Position numbers and translations under genes: made by a program. A stretch of 64,000 nucleotides of DNA from Octopus vulgaris. Taxonomy: Eukaryota. Of this stretch, positions 1 to 14,023 are shown piece by piece. Location: contig OX597815.1 in assembly GCA_951406725.2 (NCBI GenBank), forward strand, positions 82,770,001 through 82,834,000. Direction: 5' to 3'. The notes beneath the pieces are model-generated. The model had not been told where the DNA came from, ran no database searches, and saw only the letters and a list, made by a program, of their open reading frames with translations. Position 1 is the stretch's first letter. Each line of letters begins with the position of its first letter.

Positions 1-2166
1 GTACGAAAATAGTTTCAGGCGTTGATTGTACAATAATTTACATAGAACTTGTGAATAGTAATTAAACTAACATTGAGAAGATGACATGTATATGATTCCA
101 CGGACGTTCAAATTGTGGTTTTTAGTAAGTATTAGAAAATTGTATCGATTAGACCATAGTGATTGTGGTAATCGGGGATTGTGCTGTTTGTGATGAGGGA
201 TGGTATTAATAATGGATTGCTGAAGGCACATAGACCCCATCAAATTATTAATTCCAATGAGATACACCTTCGTGTATTTCATGGTGAAGGAAAAGTTGAA
301 GAGACACTTGCATAAGAGAAAAATCAAAATACGAACAGCAACATTAGCAGTAGCAAGAGTAACCACCACCACCACAATAACCACAACAATAACAACAAAT
401 GGATGGAAACAGTAGTATGTATGTAAGAAACAGATGGCTTCCACGCTTTAAATGGGTCTGCAGTTATTTAAAGCAATTTAGCTATTAGAAAAAAGTATTT
501 TCAATCTGTAGTTAAGCAGATGTTATTAAATTTAATATAAGATGAAAATATAAAAAGATGGTAGTTTTTCTTGATGAAACAGATTTAATTGAAGAATGCA
601 AGACACAAACAACAATCTTAAAACAGAAACAAAATAGAACTGAATAAATCGAATGACTGTCAATTCTGTTTCTATTTTCTTTCATACATTTGACTTTTCC
701 ATTTTCCAACTCATTAGAATACTTGTTTGGAGGGAGTGATACATTTGAGAAATGCAAACCCCTGGCTCACGTTTAACAGCTGATAATGAAACCCCCATTC
801 CACCCCGGATATTCAAGATGAGTATTAACTGCAGTCTGAGCGTCCCTGCAAAGTTCATTGGTACTGTCCTTTTTTCAAACGATCAACTGCTTAAAATAAA
901 TGTAAGATTTTGTTCCCTTTCCCTGACAAAATTGTTTTGCATTTCACTTCATAAGATTCTTGGCAAATATTTACAACATGACTAATATAAAAAACAAATG
1001 TGAGTAAAGAAATTCTATTTGTAAGAAGACGTAATCTCTGTTTCGAAAATATTTCAGACAAATCTCACCAATGTTTTTAATCGACTATCAAATACAGGCA
1101 GACTTGGTACTATTTAGCAGAATCAAGAATCTCAAGTTTTTTTTACACAACACACAATAACTAGTGAGTAAAGACGAATGTATTTGACAAACTACACGCG
1201 TTGTATCATATCTCCGAGCAAGATAATTCACCTTAAAGATGAAAATATATATGCAACGATTCGTGAGAATACTACTTGCAATAGACGAATTCATGTACTG
1301 AGCTGATATGCGTTTATTTATTTAACTAAGAGCAACTGATCAAAGCACACCCTAAGTAAATACCTCAGTGGATGAGTCTGTACCCATGTTCACCCTGCCA
1401 ACAAAATCTTACATATAAAATAAGGTAATTATTCTTTCAAATATGACATTCCACGAGGGTCGATGTTTATCTTATTATGAGAATAATGTTCTTTTCTTGT
1501 CTCGGACACTGATCTATCATAGTTAATATTTTGCAGTGTGGTGCTTACTTAATCGAAATTAAATATACATGAGAACATACTGAATTACCCATAAAAGATA
1601 TTTGCCTGTTTTATCGACTATTTATCCCTGAGCCATACAATTCACTTTCTTCAACAATTGTGTGAAATTTTCCATTTTCAGCGCCACTTTAATAATTTAT
1701 TTTCAATAGATCGAAAGATTTCGAATATTCTCCCTAGTTTGCTCCTTTCCAATAAGTTTACGAATAAATTAAAACTCAGGAGACACCTCAAAAACCCTTC
1801 GAACCTCAGGGGTTATCAGCAACGAAGTGATATCTGTAACTTTCATTAATTTTAAGCTCAATAAGGCAGTCTCTACGCAGTTTCTTGTCCTGATAGAAAA
1901 CAGCCCAGCTTCTGTCATTTTACAACCTACCTTTTTAAATATAGAAATAATCTTTAGTCAAGACAGACCCAGCTATACAAAAATAGGATTGTTAACGCTG
2001 AGATATCATCATAAAACAGTTCCAGCAGGATGAATTTGATCTTAAACAACAACTTCAGAAAGACAAACTCACTGATGATTAAACACTGGCAGTATGGATC
2101 ACTTATGTACCATATAAAATGTGTGAATGTTTGTGTGTGTGTGTGTGAATGTGTGTATGTGTGTGT

Positions 2167-2207
<41 letters not shown>

Positions 2208-2339
2208 GTATTTGGGAAATAAAATAAATGCGCATGTATATTATGACTATAAAAAAGCGTAGCAGTAAAGTAAATGCGAGAGAGTGTAGAGAAGCCATGG
2301 AGTTATATCTACTCTTTGTGATAAAAGAAAACATTTTTG

Positions 2340-3600
2340 AACAGCTAATGTTTACGTTAAAAAGTAAACCAGAATATTAGGTTTTCAAACCATACTAATT
2401 GAGTAATCGTGTGAAACCAGGCATTGGTTTGTTGTGAGAAGGTAGAAAGAGAACATCGATGGAGAAGAAAAGAAAGAAATATATCGATGTCAATTATGCA
2501 GCGTTTATAAGGAAATATTGAGTGTTGTGGAAGGCTTATATGTGAGAACGTTCATGATTAAGACAAAAATTATTAAGAGTATAATTATTTATAGGCTTTT
2601 TTGTTTACACATTTGAAATATTTGAATGAATTATACACGTTCGAACAAGATTGCTATAACTATACAGAGAAGTTAAACGTCGAGATGGAACTTGAGAATG
2701 GTGTGTAAAATGAAAAACAAGTGGAATGAAAGTATCGGGAAATTGTCTAGGTAGAAGTGAAGAGAGGTGTTCATAATTCCTTTGGAGTAATGGAGAAGTA
2801 AAATAAACGAGCAACAGATAAATTCAAATTGAGATTTATTCTACACTTGCGTTATAATTTCGATACACGTAGTACTAAAATGCAATATGGTTTGGTGAGT
2901 GAGGCTATATATTCCAGTACAATAGATTAGAGTTTGTAACTTACGAGATTTATATAATTTATGACGCCTGTTATATTTTTTGTGACAATCTAAATTATTC
3001 GGCAATTTTTGTAAGTGGTAAGCGGTAAGGGTGAGTGATAAACTGAACAAGAGGTTAATGTTTAGAATAAATATTAATTTATTAAGAATATCGAGGCTTT
3101 TACCATAAATTAAATTAAGTAATTTAATCTAAGGAAAGGTAGAAATGTTAAAGATCAGCGATGAAAAAAGAGCGGGTAATACATAAAAGATAATCAGTGG
3201 GTTTGCGGTAAAATAGATTATGTAAAAAGGTGTGTAAAGTAAACTATTATACGAATGCAAATGGTAGATAATTTGAGAGTCATGAGAATATGACATAATG
3301 ACTGTTATGGCGTGTAAGCTAATAAAATAATGGGTGTCTCTATTAGAAGAATTAATGTTAGGGAACCAGATATAGATTTATGATGTGATAGCTTTAGGGT
3401 TACGGAAAATAATTTACACAAAGCATATATTTATTACTTGATTGTTTGGGATGTGTTATCGATGTATATTATTACAAAATTGACTACCTATTAAAATAGA
3501 TGTGTGTTTTAGGGTATTTGTAAACGTCAGCTCTAATTGCAGGTCTGTTGCTAATATTTATGTCCTTATGGCATGTAAAACGGTGGTCAATGCAAATGCT
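2340..3600 (-). mobile_element. Highly decayed Penelope-like retroelement RT/thumb remnant
   Basis: Minus strand near 3190-3215 reads FYRKPTD, resembling the PLE RT C-terminal YxKPT motif. A SVYHSP-like segment follows. Many stops and frameshifts; a degenerate HHR-like motif lies nearby at about 3717-3762. Boundaries approximate. Confidence 0.4.
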
Positions 3601-5409
3601 AGGAAAGGCAATCTTTATATATATATGTTCAGTGTGCGATTAAGTATGCAGGTGAGAGTATTGTGATTGCGTGTGAGAATGTATTTTAATGGACGTATCA
3701 CAATATTGAAGACAGTAAGCTTATATGAGGAAGGCTAGATGCTCGAAACACCATACCGCTTGTAAAATTTTAAGAAATATCTACTCCACTAAAAAGTATT
3801 GAGTAATCCTTCAGTTTAATGTTGTTTTCTATATGGGGATGAATCCCCATAGGAAAAAGTGGGAGGGAATCACTTCGGGTTTTATGTATGCCGAGGAATT
3901 ATATTTGCATTAAGTGGAACGCTGAACAGCATAAAATGGTTCTAAATAATTCTATTCATTTCACAGATTTTTAAAATATAAATCGACATAAAAACAAGCG
4001 TTAATATATATATGCGCGCGCGCGTGTGTTTGGTGAGCTGACAGAATCATTGGCACATCGAACAAAATGCCTACGTCCGTCTTAATGGTCTGACTTCAAG
4101 TTCCGCCTTTGGCTTTCATTCTTTCAGGAATGATAAAATATATCCCAAAACACAAAAAGTAGAACACAAGGGAGATAACCAACATTAACATAATTCGGTT
4201 TCAAGCAGAATTCAACCAGATTTTAACGGTTTACTTAGTGTTCATTGAGTTCTTTTAAAATTCCAACAAGATGCATTTCCCGAAATGTAGACATAAAGAA
4301 AATTTGTTCTTTGAATTTATATACTCATTGGAGGTTCTCAAGTTTTTTAATAGATACAGCCTCTCAAGAAAAATCTAAATCTAGATATAACAACGATCTT
4401 TTGAATTTTAAGTACCGTGATAAGAGATATTTAACAATCCTTTCGACTTTAATCTGGAAACTTAAAGACGATGAGAAAGATATAGATATAAATGTCCAAC
4501 CTTACTCCTTGTTGACTCCAATTTTTTCAATTATCTATTCACACACGACAGAAGCCCTAGCGCAAATCTGGTAGTACCTATAAAACTACTACTGGATAGA
4601 ACAGGGTGAAATCTGATGGTGGATGAGCTTTGTACTGCACTCTACTACGTTCTAAACAGAATATACCGCAACTATATATATATATACATACACGTGTATA
4701 AACGTGTGATTTAAGGGGATGTCGCTGATAAACTAAAATTGGAATGTGTATAAAAATAAGTATTAGTTAAGTTTAGTGAAAGTGGAAAACGAAACGAAAC
4801 ATAATAGCCAGGTACTATACATTCGTAATTACCATTCCTATCCATTATACACCAACTGTGTAGTATTCCAGTAGATAGTGGAACATAGATTTAGAGTATA
4901 TTATGACAAGAATAGTTCGTATATTTATAAGAACGGTAGGGCGGCTGAGTTAGTATGAATAAAGTGGAATGAAACAAAGGAGAAGAAAATATTTGAAGTT
5001 AATCTAAATGGGTGTAATAGAAGAATGGAAGAGACAGTGACAAAAAAAAAAATGGATTGCCTATTTTGGAAAGTTATTCGAAAAAACAACTATTTATATA
5101 GAAGTATATATTGCTAAAGAAAGCATAAAGAACTAAAGAGACATTTATAGAACCTAATGAAAGCATAAAGAACTAAAGAAACTCATTTCATAATACACAA
5201 TGCAACTATATAGTTATGCAAATATGACATCTGTAAAAAAGAATTAAAAAAAAATAACATTATGATGTTAATTAAATGAAGGAGAATAAAAACATACGTC
5301 CATATTTTCCATCTGATACTGTGTCCATGTATCATTCTTATTACCGATAAACACACATTTTTACTCCCACAGGTGTATGCAATCCCCCAGATACTACGAC
5401 TTTGTTATA

Positions 5410-6120
5410 TACAAGGTGCAAAGGGTATTTGAGGTCATATTTGGTAACAGAGTAAAGCAACTCCAAACTAGCATAAACCAAATGTATTTTCATGATATGT
5501 TGTGCATATGGATTTGACAAGTTTCCTTACAAGATTATTTATAGATCTGTATTTAGTTTCTTGGCGGCTTCAATGGAGGACCGGAATTGTTGACACGCTT
5601 GCTCTAAAATGTCTTTGTTTATTTCGGATATTACATGAATATGACGGCTTTCAGGGAAGCTGTGGTATTGTGATGTCTGTTAGCCTTCTTTTCAATAACA
5701 TTCTAAATGCAATAGTTCATAAAATCTAAATCTGACGTGTTTCGAGGTCACAAGTTTGGTGTTACATGATGGGGAAGATTGTCCCATATCTTTTCTTGAG
5801 CTACTTGGGCTTTGTGAGAAGATGCTGTGTATTATTGAAATACGCAGTTTTGCACTGCGTATTACATCTATCGAGTGGCTTACAACTGTCTACAGCATTT
5901 CAATGTTTCCAACAGCATTAATTCTAAAACCGTGTGGAAATGTGTGATGTGACATGACATGACCAATGTTATTCACAACTATTGAAACCATCAAAGACGC
6001 CGAAAGCATTTGTACACAATTCTGTCATTTCTCCTGTTGGACTTTTGGTCTTGGTCGAAGGTTTTCCTCATCAAAGTAAAACCACGTACGCGAAGAATAT
6101 TCTTTGCTCTTTGATAAAGT
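5410..6120 (-). mobile_element. Decayed Tc1/mariner-superfamily (DD37D/maT-like) transposase remnant
   Basis: Minus strand about 5700-5830 translates TASSHKAQVAQEKIWDNLPHHVTPNL*PRNTSDLDFMNYCI*N. This matches the AP(S/A)H...WPPNSPDLNPMDYxxW catalytic-region pattern. Boundaries approximate. Confidence 0.55.
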
Positions 6121-6240
6121 AAATATCCCAATAACATCATATGTTCTTAAAATTTAAATCCACATCTTTGTCTGTATATCTTCCTTCTCTATAATGTTGC
6201 CACTTGATTTGAAAATTTTTGTATTAATAGAAAACCTCTA

Positions 6241-6333
6241 TAATTGGCTGATGAGTACTAAGCATCTTAAATCTGTTGTAATACTTACAGCATTTAATAA
6301 AATGATGTAGTACGAAACGATCGTACCAAATTA
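6241..6333 (+). ncRNA. Type I hammerhead ribozyme, canonical core
   Basis: Stem I UAAUUGG/CCAA(A)UUA; CUGAUGA at 6248-6254; stem II GUACUA/UAGUAC with an extended inner stem; GAAA at 6314-6317; palindromic stem III ACGAUCGU; predicted cleavage after GUA (A6325). Confidence 0.88.
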
Positions 6334-6363
6334 CCGGAGTTATTCTTGTTACTTATTTTGATG

Positions 6364-6408
<45 letters not shown>

Positions 6409-7241
6409 TCGAATATGTGCCTATATAAATGTATATACATATATAGGAGAAATTGTTTTGGGGTTTGAAACTGCATGTGAATCTGAAAAACGTGTACTCT
6501 TTTTTAAATAGACATATCTACATACCAAATGCGTTTCGGCAATTTCTTGCTTATGAATGGTAGAAGTATATATATATATATAAACGAGGGGATTAGGAGA
6601 GTTTAACATTGCAAGGTAAACATTGGACATACATGTTTAAACCATCTAGTGTTCAAATGTTCACAGAAATTTCACTGCGTTTCACAGGGATCGATAATAT
6701 CAATGTAAACGTTCGGTGAAGATCATAACAAATGTACATTATTGAAAGTTCAGTAAAAATTGAGTTTCTAAAACATAAGTGAAGAAAGAAAAAGAGAGAG
6801 AGAGAAAATAAGTTTGATTTTTACAATTTGTCGTGGTGCATATAGTTATTTTGTTTTTCAATTTCACTTCCAGTTCACTGATCTCTTCACCTTTCAAGGC
6901 TTGTTGGAATCGGAAGTTATTTTGTGTTCAATCATTTAGTATATATACGCGTTTACAGGAAAGGTCTAATTTTTGATGTGTTATAATTTTAATGAAGTCT
7001 TATTCTTTTCTAGTGGATAGTTTGGTTCAAAAATATATGTTTGTTTTGGCAAAGTTTAGTGCTTTGTTTGATTGGCTTCTTGGGGACGACCATGGTCAAG
7101 TAATAAGTTCTTATTGGTTGTAGGTTTCTTGACATCACTTTCCTCTGATCAGGAATATTTTTCGTTTCGGACAACCTATTTTTGGTTTGGTTAAATTCAG
7201 TGATCTGCTTGGTTGACTTCCTGGTAGGGGCTCGTCCTTAC

Positions 7242-7274
<33 letters not shown>

Positions 7275-7298
7275 ATATATATATATATATATTTATGC

Positions 7299-7334
<36 letters not shown>

Positions 7335-8848
7335 GCATATATGGTATTGCCCAGGTGTCAAAAGCATAGTGATATCCATGGGGCAGCTGTTGATGGCCGT
7401 GTGTTAGGTTGTTATGGCAGAATAGTTTTATATGACATCCATTTGATATGTGTGTGTGTGTACACATACATGCATACACACACAGATACACACATACAGG
7501 CACGCACGCACGCACAGGCATACACACACACACATTTATAAATATACGGATATGTTTGTATTAGTATATTCACAAATACATATACGCTCACAAACATATG
7601 TACATGTGTGTGTATGTATAGATACTCGCTTCTTAATTACATGTACACATTTAAGAGTAACAGATACAATTATAACTACACAGACATAGAAATTACTGTA
7701 CAAATGCGAATAAACAGAAATGTAAACACGTTTCACACAGAAGAATACCTCACATCAATTAGTATCAATCAAATATGTTGACCTTTAAAGGTCATTTCGA
7801 GTTCATGTCGGCGTTTTAAATTCACTAGCTAGATTCTATAGCCACCGGTCAGGGCCAACGTTATCTCTAGGGTCAGCTTAACCCCCATAACTATATTTGC
7901 CAAAAACACCATCAAATACCTCAGGCCATCAATTCTATCAGTTTCTAAATTTCTCTGTTACAATGCGGAAATATTTATGACAAAAGCGAGGCTCTCTATC
8001 ACTCGCTTTTTAACTATTTCTTTCTCTCTCTCTGTCTGCCTTTCTGTCTGTTTGTCTCTTTTTTTGCCAGTATGTGTGTGTATGTATGCGTGCATGTGTG
8101 TGTGCGTGTGTGCGCGCGTGTGTGTAGGTGTGACACGCATAGGTTTTAATTCCTCTCTTTAACTGAAAATGAATGAAAAAATTTTCGCATTAAAAATTTC
8201 CTGCCTAAATTATCAGACACAGCATTCAACGCAGATCTTGAATTCTGAATTTACTTTTGGGACGTTAATTTTATCTGTCTATCTGTCTGTCGGTCTGCCT
8301 ATCCGTCTGTCTGTCTGTCTGTTTGTTTCTCTGTCTATCTATCTATCTGTATATATATATATATATATATATTTCTATCTATTTTGCAAGACACGTAATC
8401 GATCTTATAGACTCCGTACTTGACTGGTACTTAGCTAAATACCTTTGGAAATATTAAGCGCAAAAGCAATCTCCAAAATATCTGAATCTGAACTCAGGAA
8501 GAAAATCAACGGAACTGAATTCAGCAAAGCACTTTTCTTTGTCGCTTCAACGCTTCTATTGCTCTGTGCTATAGATAAATAAAATATATATTTTACATAC
8601 AATAATAACAGATAGCAGTTTTCTGCCGCAATATAGATATAAGCACTGAGGCAGAACTGAATGCACTAAAGGTTGCAATGTGCTTAGAAATTGTTTCACA
8701 TATTCTCTTCTACATTTAAAGAATATATTCCATAAGGTATCTCCCTCTTCCTCTTTGGACCTTGCATTTACATCTTCCTTGACTCCAAGACACGCAAACA
8801 CACACATACTGAGGCAAAGACACACATATATACACATACGCATACGCA

Positions 8849-8851
<3 letters not shown>

Positions 8852-8942
<91 letters not shown>

Positions 8943-8948
8943 TATACA

Positions 8949-9029
<81 letters not shown>

Positions 9030-9321
9030 ACACGCACACATATACGTACAGGCATTAAATCTACCTTCAAGCGTCTTTATTCAGCATACTATATGTATCT
9101 CATTGCACTTACTTCAAAGGCAACATTCATCTTTTTCATATATACTTAGATCAGAAAACCTTTTGCAATCGCTGAGTTGCATCAGACAATAAAACTGGAA
9201 ACCATCTTCTAGTGCACCCGCTTTACATAAGATAAATGTTAGGAAAGGATTTATTGCCGAGATAGGAGCCACTGAAGTACTTTGACTATGTATGCATGTA
9301 TATATAGGCACATACATACAA

Positions 9322-9361
<40 letters not shown>

Positions 9362-9431
9362 TATTATTTATAAAAACATACACGCACATATGCATCATAT
9401 ATATATATATATATATATATGTGCGTATATG

Positions 9432-9476
<45 letters not shown>

Positions 9477-9705
9477 ATATATGTATATGTACATGGATAT
9501 ATATTTACCCATATATATATGTGTGTATACATACATATATATATGTATGTATATATGCATGCACACACACATATATATTTAGGTAAATATATATCCACGT
9601 ACATGCATCAGGATGAGTATTCATAGATGACATGCAAAAAATATATGAATATATGTACATAATATATATATATATTGACACGCACATATATCTACATATA
9701 TCTAC

Positions 9706-9777
<72 letters not shown>

Positions 9778-9792
9778 TATAGATATATCATA

Positions 9793-9839
<47 letters not shown>

Positions 9840-9840
9840 A

Positions 9841-9878
<38 letters not shown>

Positions 9879-9936
9879 TAACTGTAAATTATATACATTA
9901 TATTTGTGTAAATATACACACATGTGCGCATATGTA

Positions 9937-9975
<39 letters not shown>
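8852..9975. repeat. Large compound (TA)n/(TACA)n/(GATA)n microsatellite field
   Basis: Long direct runs of TA, CA and GATA repeats. Representative of dozens of such tracts across the window. Confidence 0.95.
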
Positions 9976-10324
9976 ATAGATAGATATATATGCACGTTGT
10001 TTTATTAGTCTTTCTGTTTTCATACGTAGTTTTTTTTTCTGCAACTCTTTTAGTCTTTTATATTTTATATTCAAGAATGTTCTTCTTTTGTTGCTTTTGT
10101 ATATAAACAATGACAATGACAGTCATTTAGTGCTACTTCCATTTCAGATTCTTTCTCTCTTCTCTTTCTCTGTCTCATTTCTCTCCTCTCTCTCTCTCTC
10201 ATCTCTCCTCTCTCTCTCTCTCCCCCGCACACACACTTTCTATTTTACACACTATTTTTACCTGCTCGCCTGCCTCTCTGCGTGTTTTTCTGTGTGGGAC
10301 CACTTTTTTCAACATTCCATGTGT

Positions 10325-10357
<33 letters not shown>

Positions 10358-11039
10358 ACGCGGAGTCTGTGTGTGTACATAGTTATATAAACAATACATT
10401 TATACATACAACCATTCACTCAAACATACCCACATGCATTTCACTGCAGTGTTCGTTTATCGATCCGTTTTTTTACATGTGTATAATTTGGGAACTTAAT
10501 ATATTTTAAATAGTTCCATTCGTACTCCTGCGTGCGTTCTCCATATCATAATCTGGTCATTTCATCCTCATATATTTTGATTTACAGCTAAATAAGCTAT
10601 CTTTGTGCGTAAACATTACCACATGACCTCTTTTAGATTGTTTTTTTTGCTCAAGTATGGCGGCAGTTAAGAAACGTATTGGCAAGAGGTTTATATTTGA
10701 AAGTTTGTATGTAAGGTCATTTATAACTTACGTGTACATAGTTTGAGTAAAAAGCGTTAACACAATGCTACGGGTCCGCTTTGCTGGAGTGGAATGTTTT
10801 CAACATATTATAAGAGATTTATATAAGGGATAGAAGATAGAAACCCATTTCCTCTTTTCTTGGTCCCCTCACCTTTACTCTCTCCCTCTCTATCTCTCTC
10901 TCTCTAAAACGAAGGAAGGACATGCATTTATATAGCATTCATAATGTTAGTGGTAATGTATATCATGATGAGGAAAATTAATGCATTGGCTAACTGCACA
11001 AAGTACCCGTAACTGGCTTGGGTTTTCATGAGGATGGCT

Positions 11040-11225
11040 GAATTCTTTTATTCTTTTCCTTGTTTCAGTCATTTGACTATGGCCATGCTGGAACACTGCC
11101 TTTATTCTTTGTATGGCCAGTACTTATTCTATCGATATCTATTGCGGAACCTCCAGATTACGGGATCGTAAACACACTAACATCAGCTGTCAAGCGATGG
11201 GGGTGGGACAAAAAGACACACACAG
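11040..11225 (-). mobile_element. Short interspersed repeat (SINE-like) fragment
   Basis: Its end (GCATGGCC...AAATGACTGAAACAAG..AAAGAATA) recurs on the + strand at about 17608-17655. Flanked by (TACA)n. Confidence 0.55.
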
Positions 11226-11270
11226 AGGCGTACATACATACATACATACATACATACATACATACATACA

Positions 11271-11302
<32 letters not shown>

Positions 11303-11429
11303 CATAGATACATATATATATATATATATATTGATAAAACGGTAAGATAACAAAAGAAAGAAAGAGACCTCAATATTATGTAAATAGAGGAAATTTATCT
11401 ATACAATATGTTAGATTACTCGGTAGTCA

Positions 11430-11492
11430 AGATAAAACTCTGAGTTTCAGATGCCGAAGTGGAAATCCACAACACCATCTCTTCGGTTATCT
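11430..11492 (-). ncRNA. Hammerhead-like motif (mirror copy of 12038-12100)
   Basis: Reverse complement of the right-arm motif. Confidence 0.55.
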
Positions 11493-12037
11493 GGCTATTT
11501 GAAAACGTTATGAAAAAATACCGTTAAATAAAGGGAAATTACTCTGTTATAACTCTGCTTGCCTGCGTACTTATACATTGCTCGCATTTTTCGTCATAAA
11601 AATTATATAAAAATACATAAAAAATATATTAAAAAAATATATAAAAATATATAAATTCTTCTTGGGACATAACATAGAAAGCATTTCTATCTGTTTTCTT
11701 TAGGGTACCAAAAACGTAATAGACATTTAGTCACATGTGGGCATGTTCCGAAAAGCTAAATACAAGGACAGAGCTTTTCGGATCATGCCCACATGTGACT
11801 AAATTTCTGTTACGTTTTTGGTCCCCTAAAGAAAACAGATAGAACATGCTTTCTATGTTATGTCCCAAGAAGAATTTATATATTTTTATATATTTTTTTA
11901 ATATATTTTTTATGTATTTTTATATAATTTTTATGACTAAAAATGCGAGCAATGTATAAGTACGCAGGCAAGCAGAGTTATAACAGAGTAATTTCCCTTT
12001 ATTTAACGGTATTTTTTCATAACGTTTTCAAATAGCC

Positions 12038-12100
12038 AGATAACCGAAGAGATGGTGTTGTGGATTTCCACTTCGGCATCTGAAACTCAGAGTTTTATCT
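12038..12100 (+). ncRNA. Hammerhead-like motif, variant core CCGAAGA
   Basis: Stem I AGAUAA/UUAUCU; CCGAAGA (U4 to C); stem II GAUG/CAUC plus an extra U; GAAA; stem III ACUCAGAGU; GUU triplet. Confidence 0.55.
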
Positions 12101-12122
12101 TGACTACCGAGTAATGTAACAT

Positions 12123-12184
<62 letters not shown>

Positions 12185-12185
12185 T

Positions 12186-12341
12186 GACGGGCTTCTTTCA
12201 ATTTCCTTCTACCAAATCCACTCAAAACGCTTTGGTCGGCTCGAGGCTATAGTAGTAGACACTGGCCCAAGGTGCCACGTAGTGGGACTGAATAGGAGAA
12301 CCATGTGGCTGGGAAGTAACCTTCTTACCACACAGTCACGC
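12186..12341 (-). mobile_element. tRNA-type SINE, family A
   Basis: Homologous to 15471-15640 and 61987-62137. tRNA-like head with A-box-like TGTGTGGTAAG and degenerate B-box; ends in (TA)n. Confidence 0.8.
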
Positions 12342-12569
12342 TGAATGTTGACAATATTTCTCTGTAACCGTATGATTTGGGAATTAGTCCCATTAAGCAG
12401 TACCTTGTGTAAGTGCCTCTCACTATATATACATATATTTTCCTTATAGACATAATTATATATTTATGTTAATGTTTACCTATATGGTTTTTTTACATGC
12501 TGGCCATTGATACGATGATTAATTGATTTCATACTTACTTATATGTATAAGGATTTGCAACACAATACA

Positions 12570-12932
12570 TCTCTCTATATATAAACGGCAAAATGTCTGC
12601 GTCGTGTCCTTTATACAAATCCACAATTAATCAGTTAGAGGGCTCGCACTTTCTATGGTCATTCAAAACCGTCCAAGGGTGGTCGTGCACATCTTTACAT
12701 TTCCCCAGTCACCCCGCAAAGCCATTAAAAAATCAATAGAATTGACTTTTTTGTGAATTTTCTATCCAAAACCCAATCAAAATGCCCGAAACTTGATACA
12801 CCAATTGAATGCCAGCTAGCTGTATGTGATTGGTCGGAGATTTGGACAGTACTCGCGTGTATGTGTGCACGCACGCAGCTGTATATGCATGCACTAGCAC
12901 TCTAACCCGGCAACGCCGGGCCATAGTGCTAG
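12570..12932 (+). mobile_element. Non-autonomous Helitron
   Basis: A|TC 5' end, CTAG|T 3' end, subterminal hairpin CCCGGC-AAC-GCCGGG just upstream of CTAG, no TSD. Confidence 0.85.
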
Positions 12933-13799
12933 TTAGTAATAATACCTTTTCCAATATTATGCGCATACTTATTTACATGAACTAATATTTGTATCATGAC
13001 GCGTATTAATTTCTGTCTTTTGTATATATCTTTATTTGTATGTTGCACTTAGAAAACTTTGTTGAAAAGCATTTTGTTTTTAGGTACATGAGTGCTCGAC
13101 ACTCTGTGTTACATAGATTTAATATGGATAGCAGAAATCAACGCTATGCCACTTTCATACACGAAAAATCTTAACGTTTAGTGGAAAATGCATAATTGTT
13201 GCCTTTTTTATGATTAATATCCACGCAATAGCAAACGATTTCAAATACGCAAAGAAATTTCACACTGCTTTCCACACCATCTCCTTCCCTTACCCCTCCT
13301 CCTGTATCTTTCACTCATGACGGGACACGAGGTAGTCGATTCTCACTTTGCGTCACATAGGTTGATGCAATTTATCTCGTGTTGCATAAAATCAATACAA
13401 TAGTGTGATGTATGATATATATATAATTCAATATTCGTTTTACAGTCCTATTTTGAAAACGATCTGCCTTTTCCATTGCTTTGAAGCATAATGCATTTAC
13501 AATGGCACATTTAAAGTATTGTGCATCTTGCGAAATATGTGAGCTGATATTTGCATTGGAATATATTCTGCTTTGTGATACATACATACATACATATATA
13601 TGTATGTATATATACGTATATGTATACATATATAGATGTATATTTATATATGTATATATATGTATGTATACATATATACATATATATATATATTTACATA
13701 CATATATATATATATATTCGTAAATATATCTATGTATATATGTGTGTTTGTGTGTATAAAAAAATATATATGTGTATGTATATGTATTATACATAATAG

Positions 13800-14018
13800 C
13801 TTCAAAGCGGTCGGATAGAGCGGCTTTTAAGCTAACTTCTGTACAACATTGGAAGCTCTCCTGGGTTCCGATTGTTCTAGTGTTTCTGAATCCCTTACTC
13901 TTCTCATTGGAACCTCTTCTAGATTCAGTTTGTTCAGGTGTTTGTAATGCACTTTCTCTCCTCTTGGTAAGAGCATTCGATGCTCTTCTGGATGCAGCTT
14001 GAAAATTGATTGCTGCAT
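13800..14018 (-). other. Possible Helitron Rep N-terminal charged-repeat fragment
   Basis: Minus-strand frames give ..SRRASN..LQTPEQTESRRGSN..SETLEQSEPRRASN, resembling ET-x-EQ-xx-RR repeats seen in Helitron proteins. Resemblance only. Confidence 0.3.
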
Positions 14019-14023
14019 TTAAG

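Larger units (their letters stand above)
11400..12130. repeat. Long inverted repeat (arms about 358 bp, 14-nt spacer) carrying HHR-like motifs; PLE pLTR-like
   Basis: 11400-11757 is the reverse complement of 11772-12130 with about 7 differences. Both outer ends run into (TA)n, the left one after a further ~70 bp. Confidence 0.95.

Noticed and set aside
1-2030. Possible PLE GIY-YIG or hAT remnants
   Set aside because: Only vague motif echoes (RGIIYM, SGVEWGF); not enough to assign.
8680-10000. Many 60-170 aa ORFs rich in YI/HT/CV (here and throughout the window)
   Set aside because: Translations of (TA)n, (CA)n and (TACA)n microsatellites, which lack stop codons in most frames.
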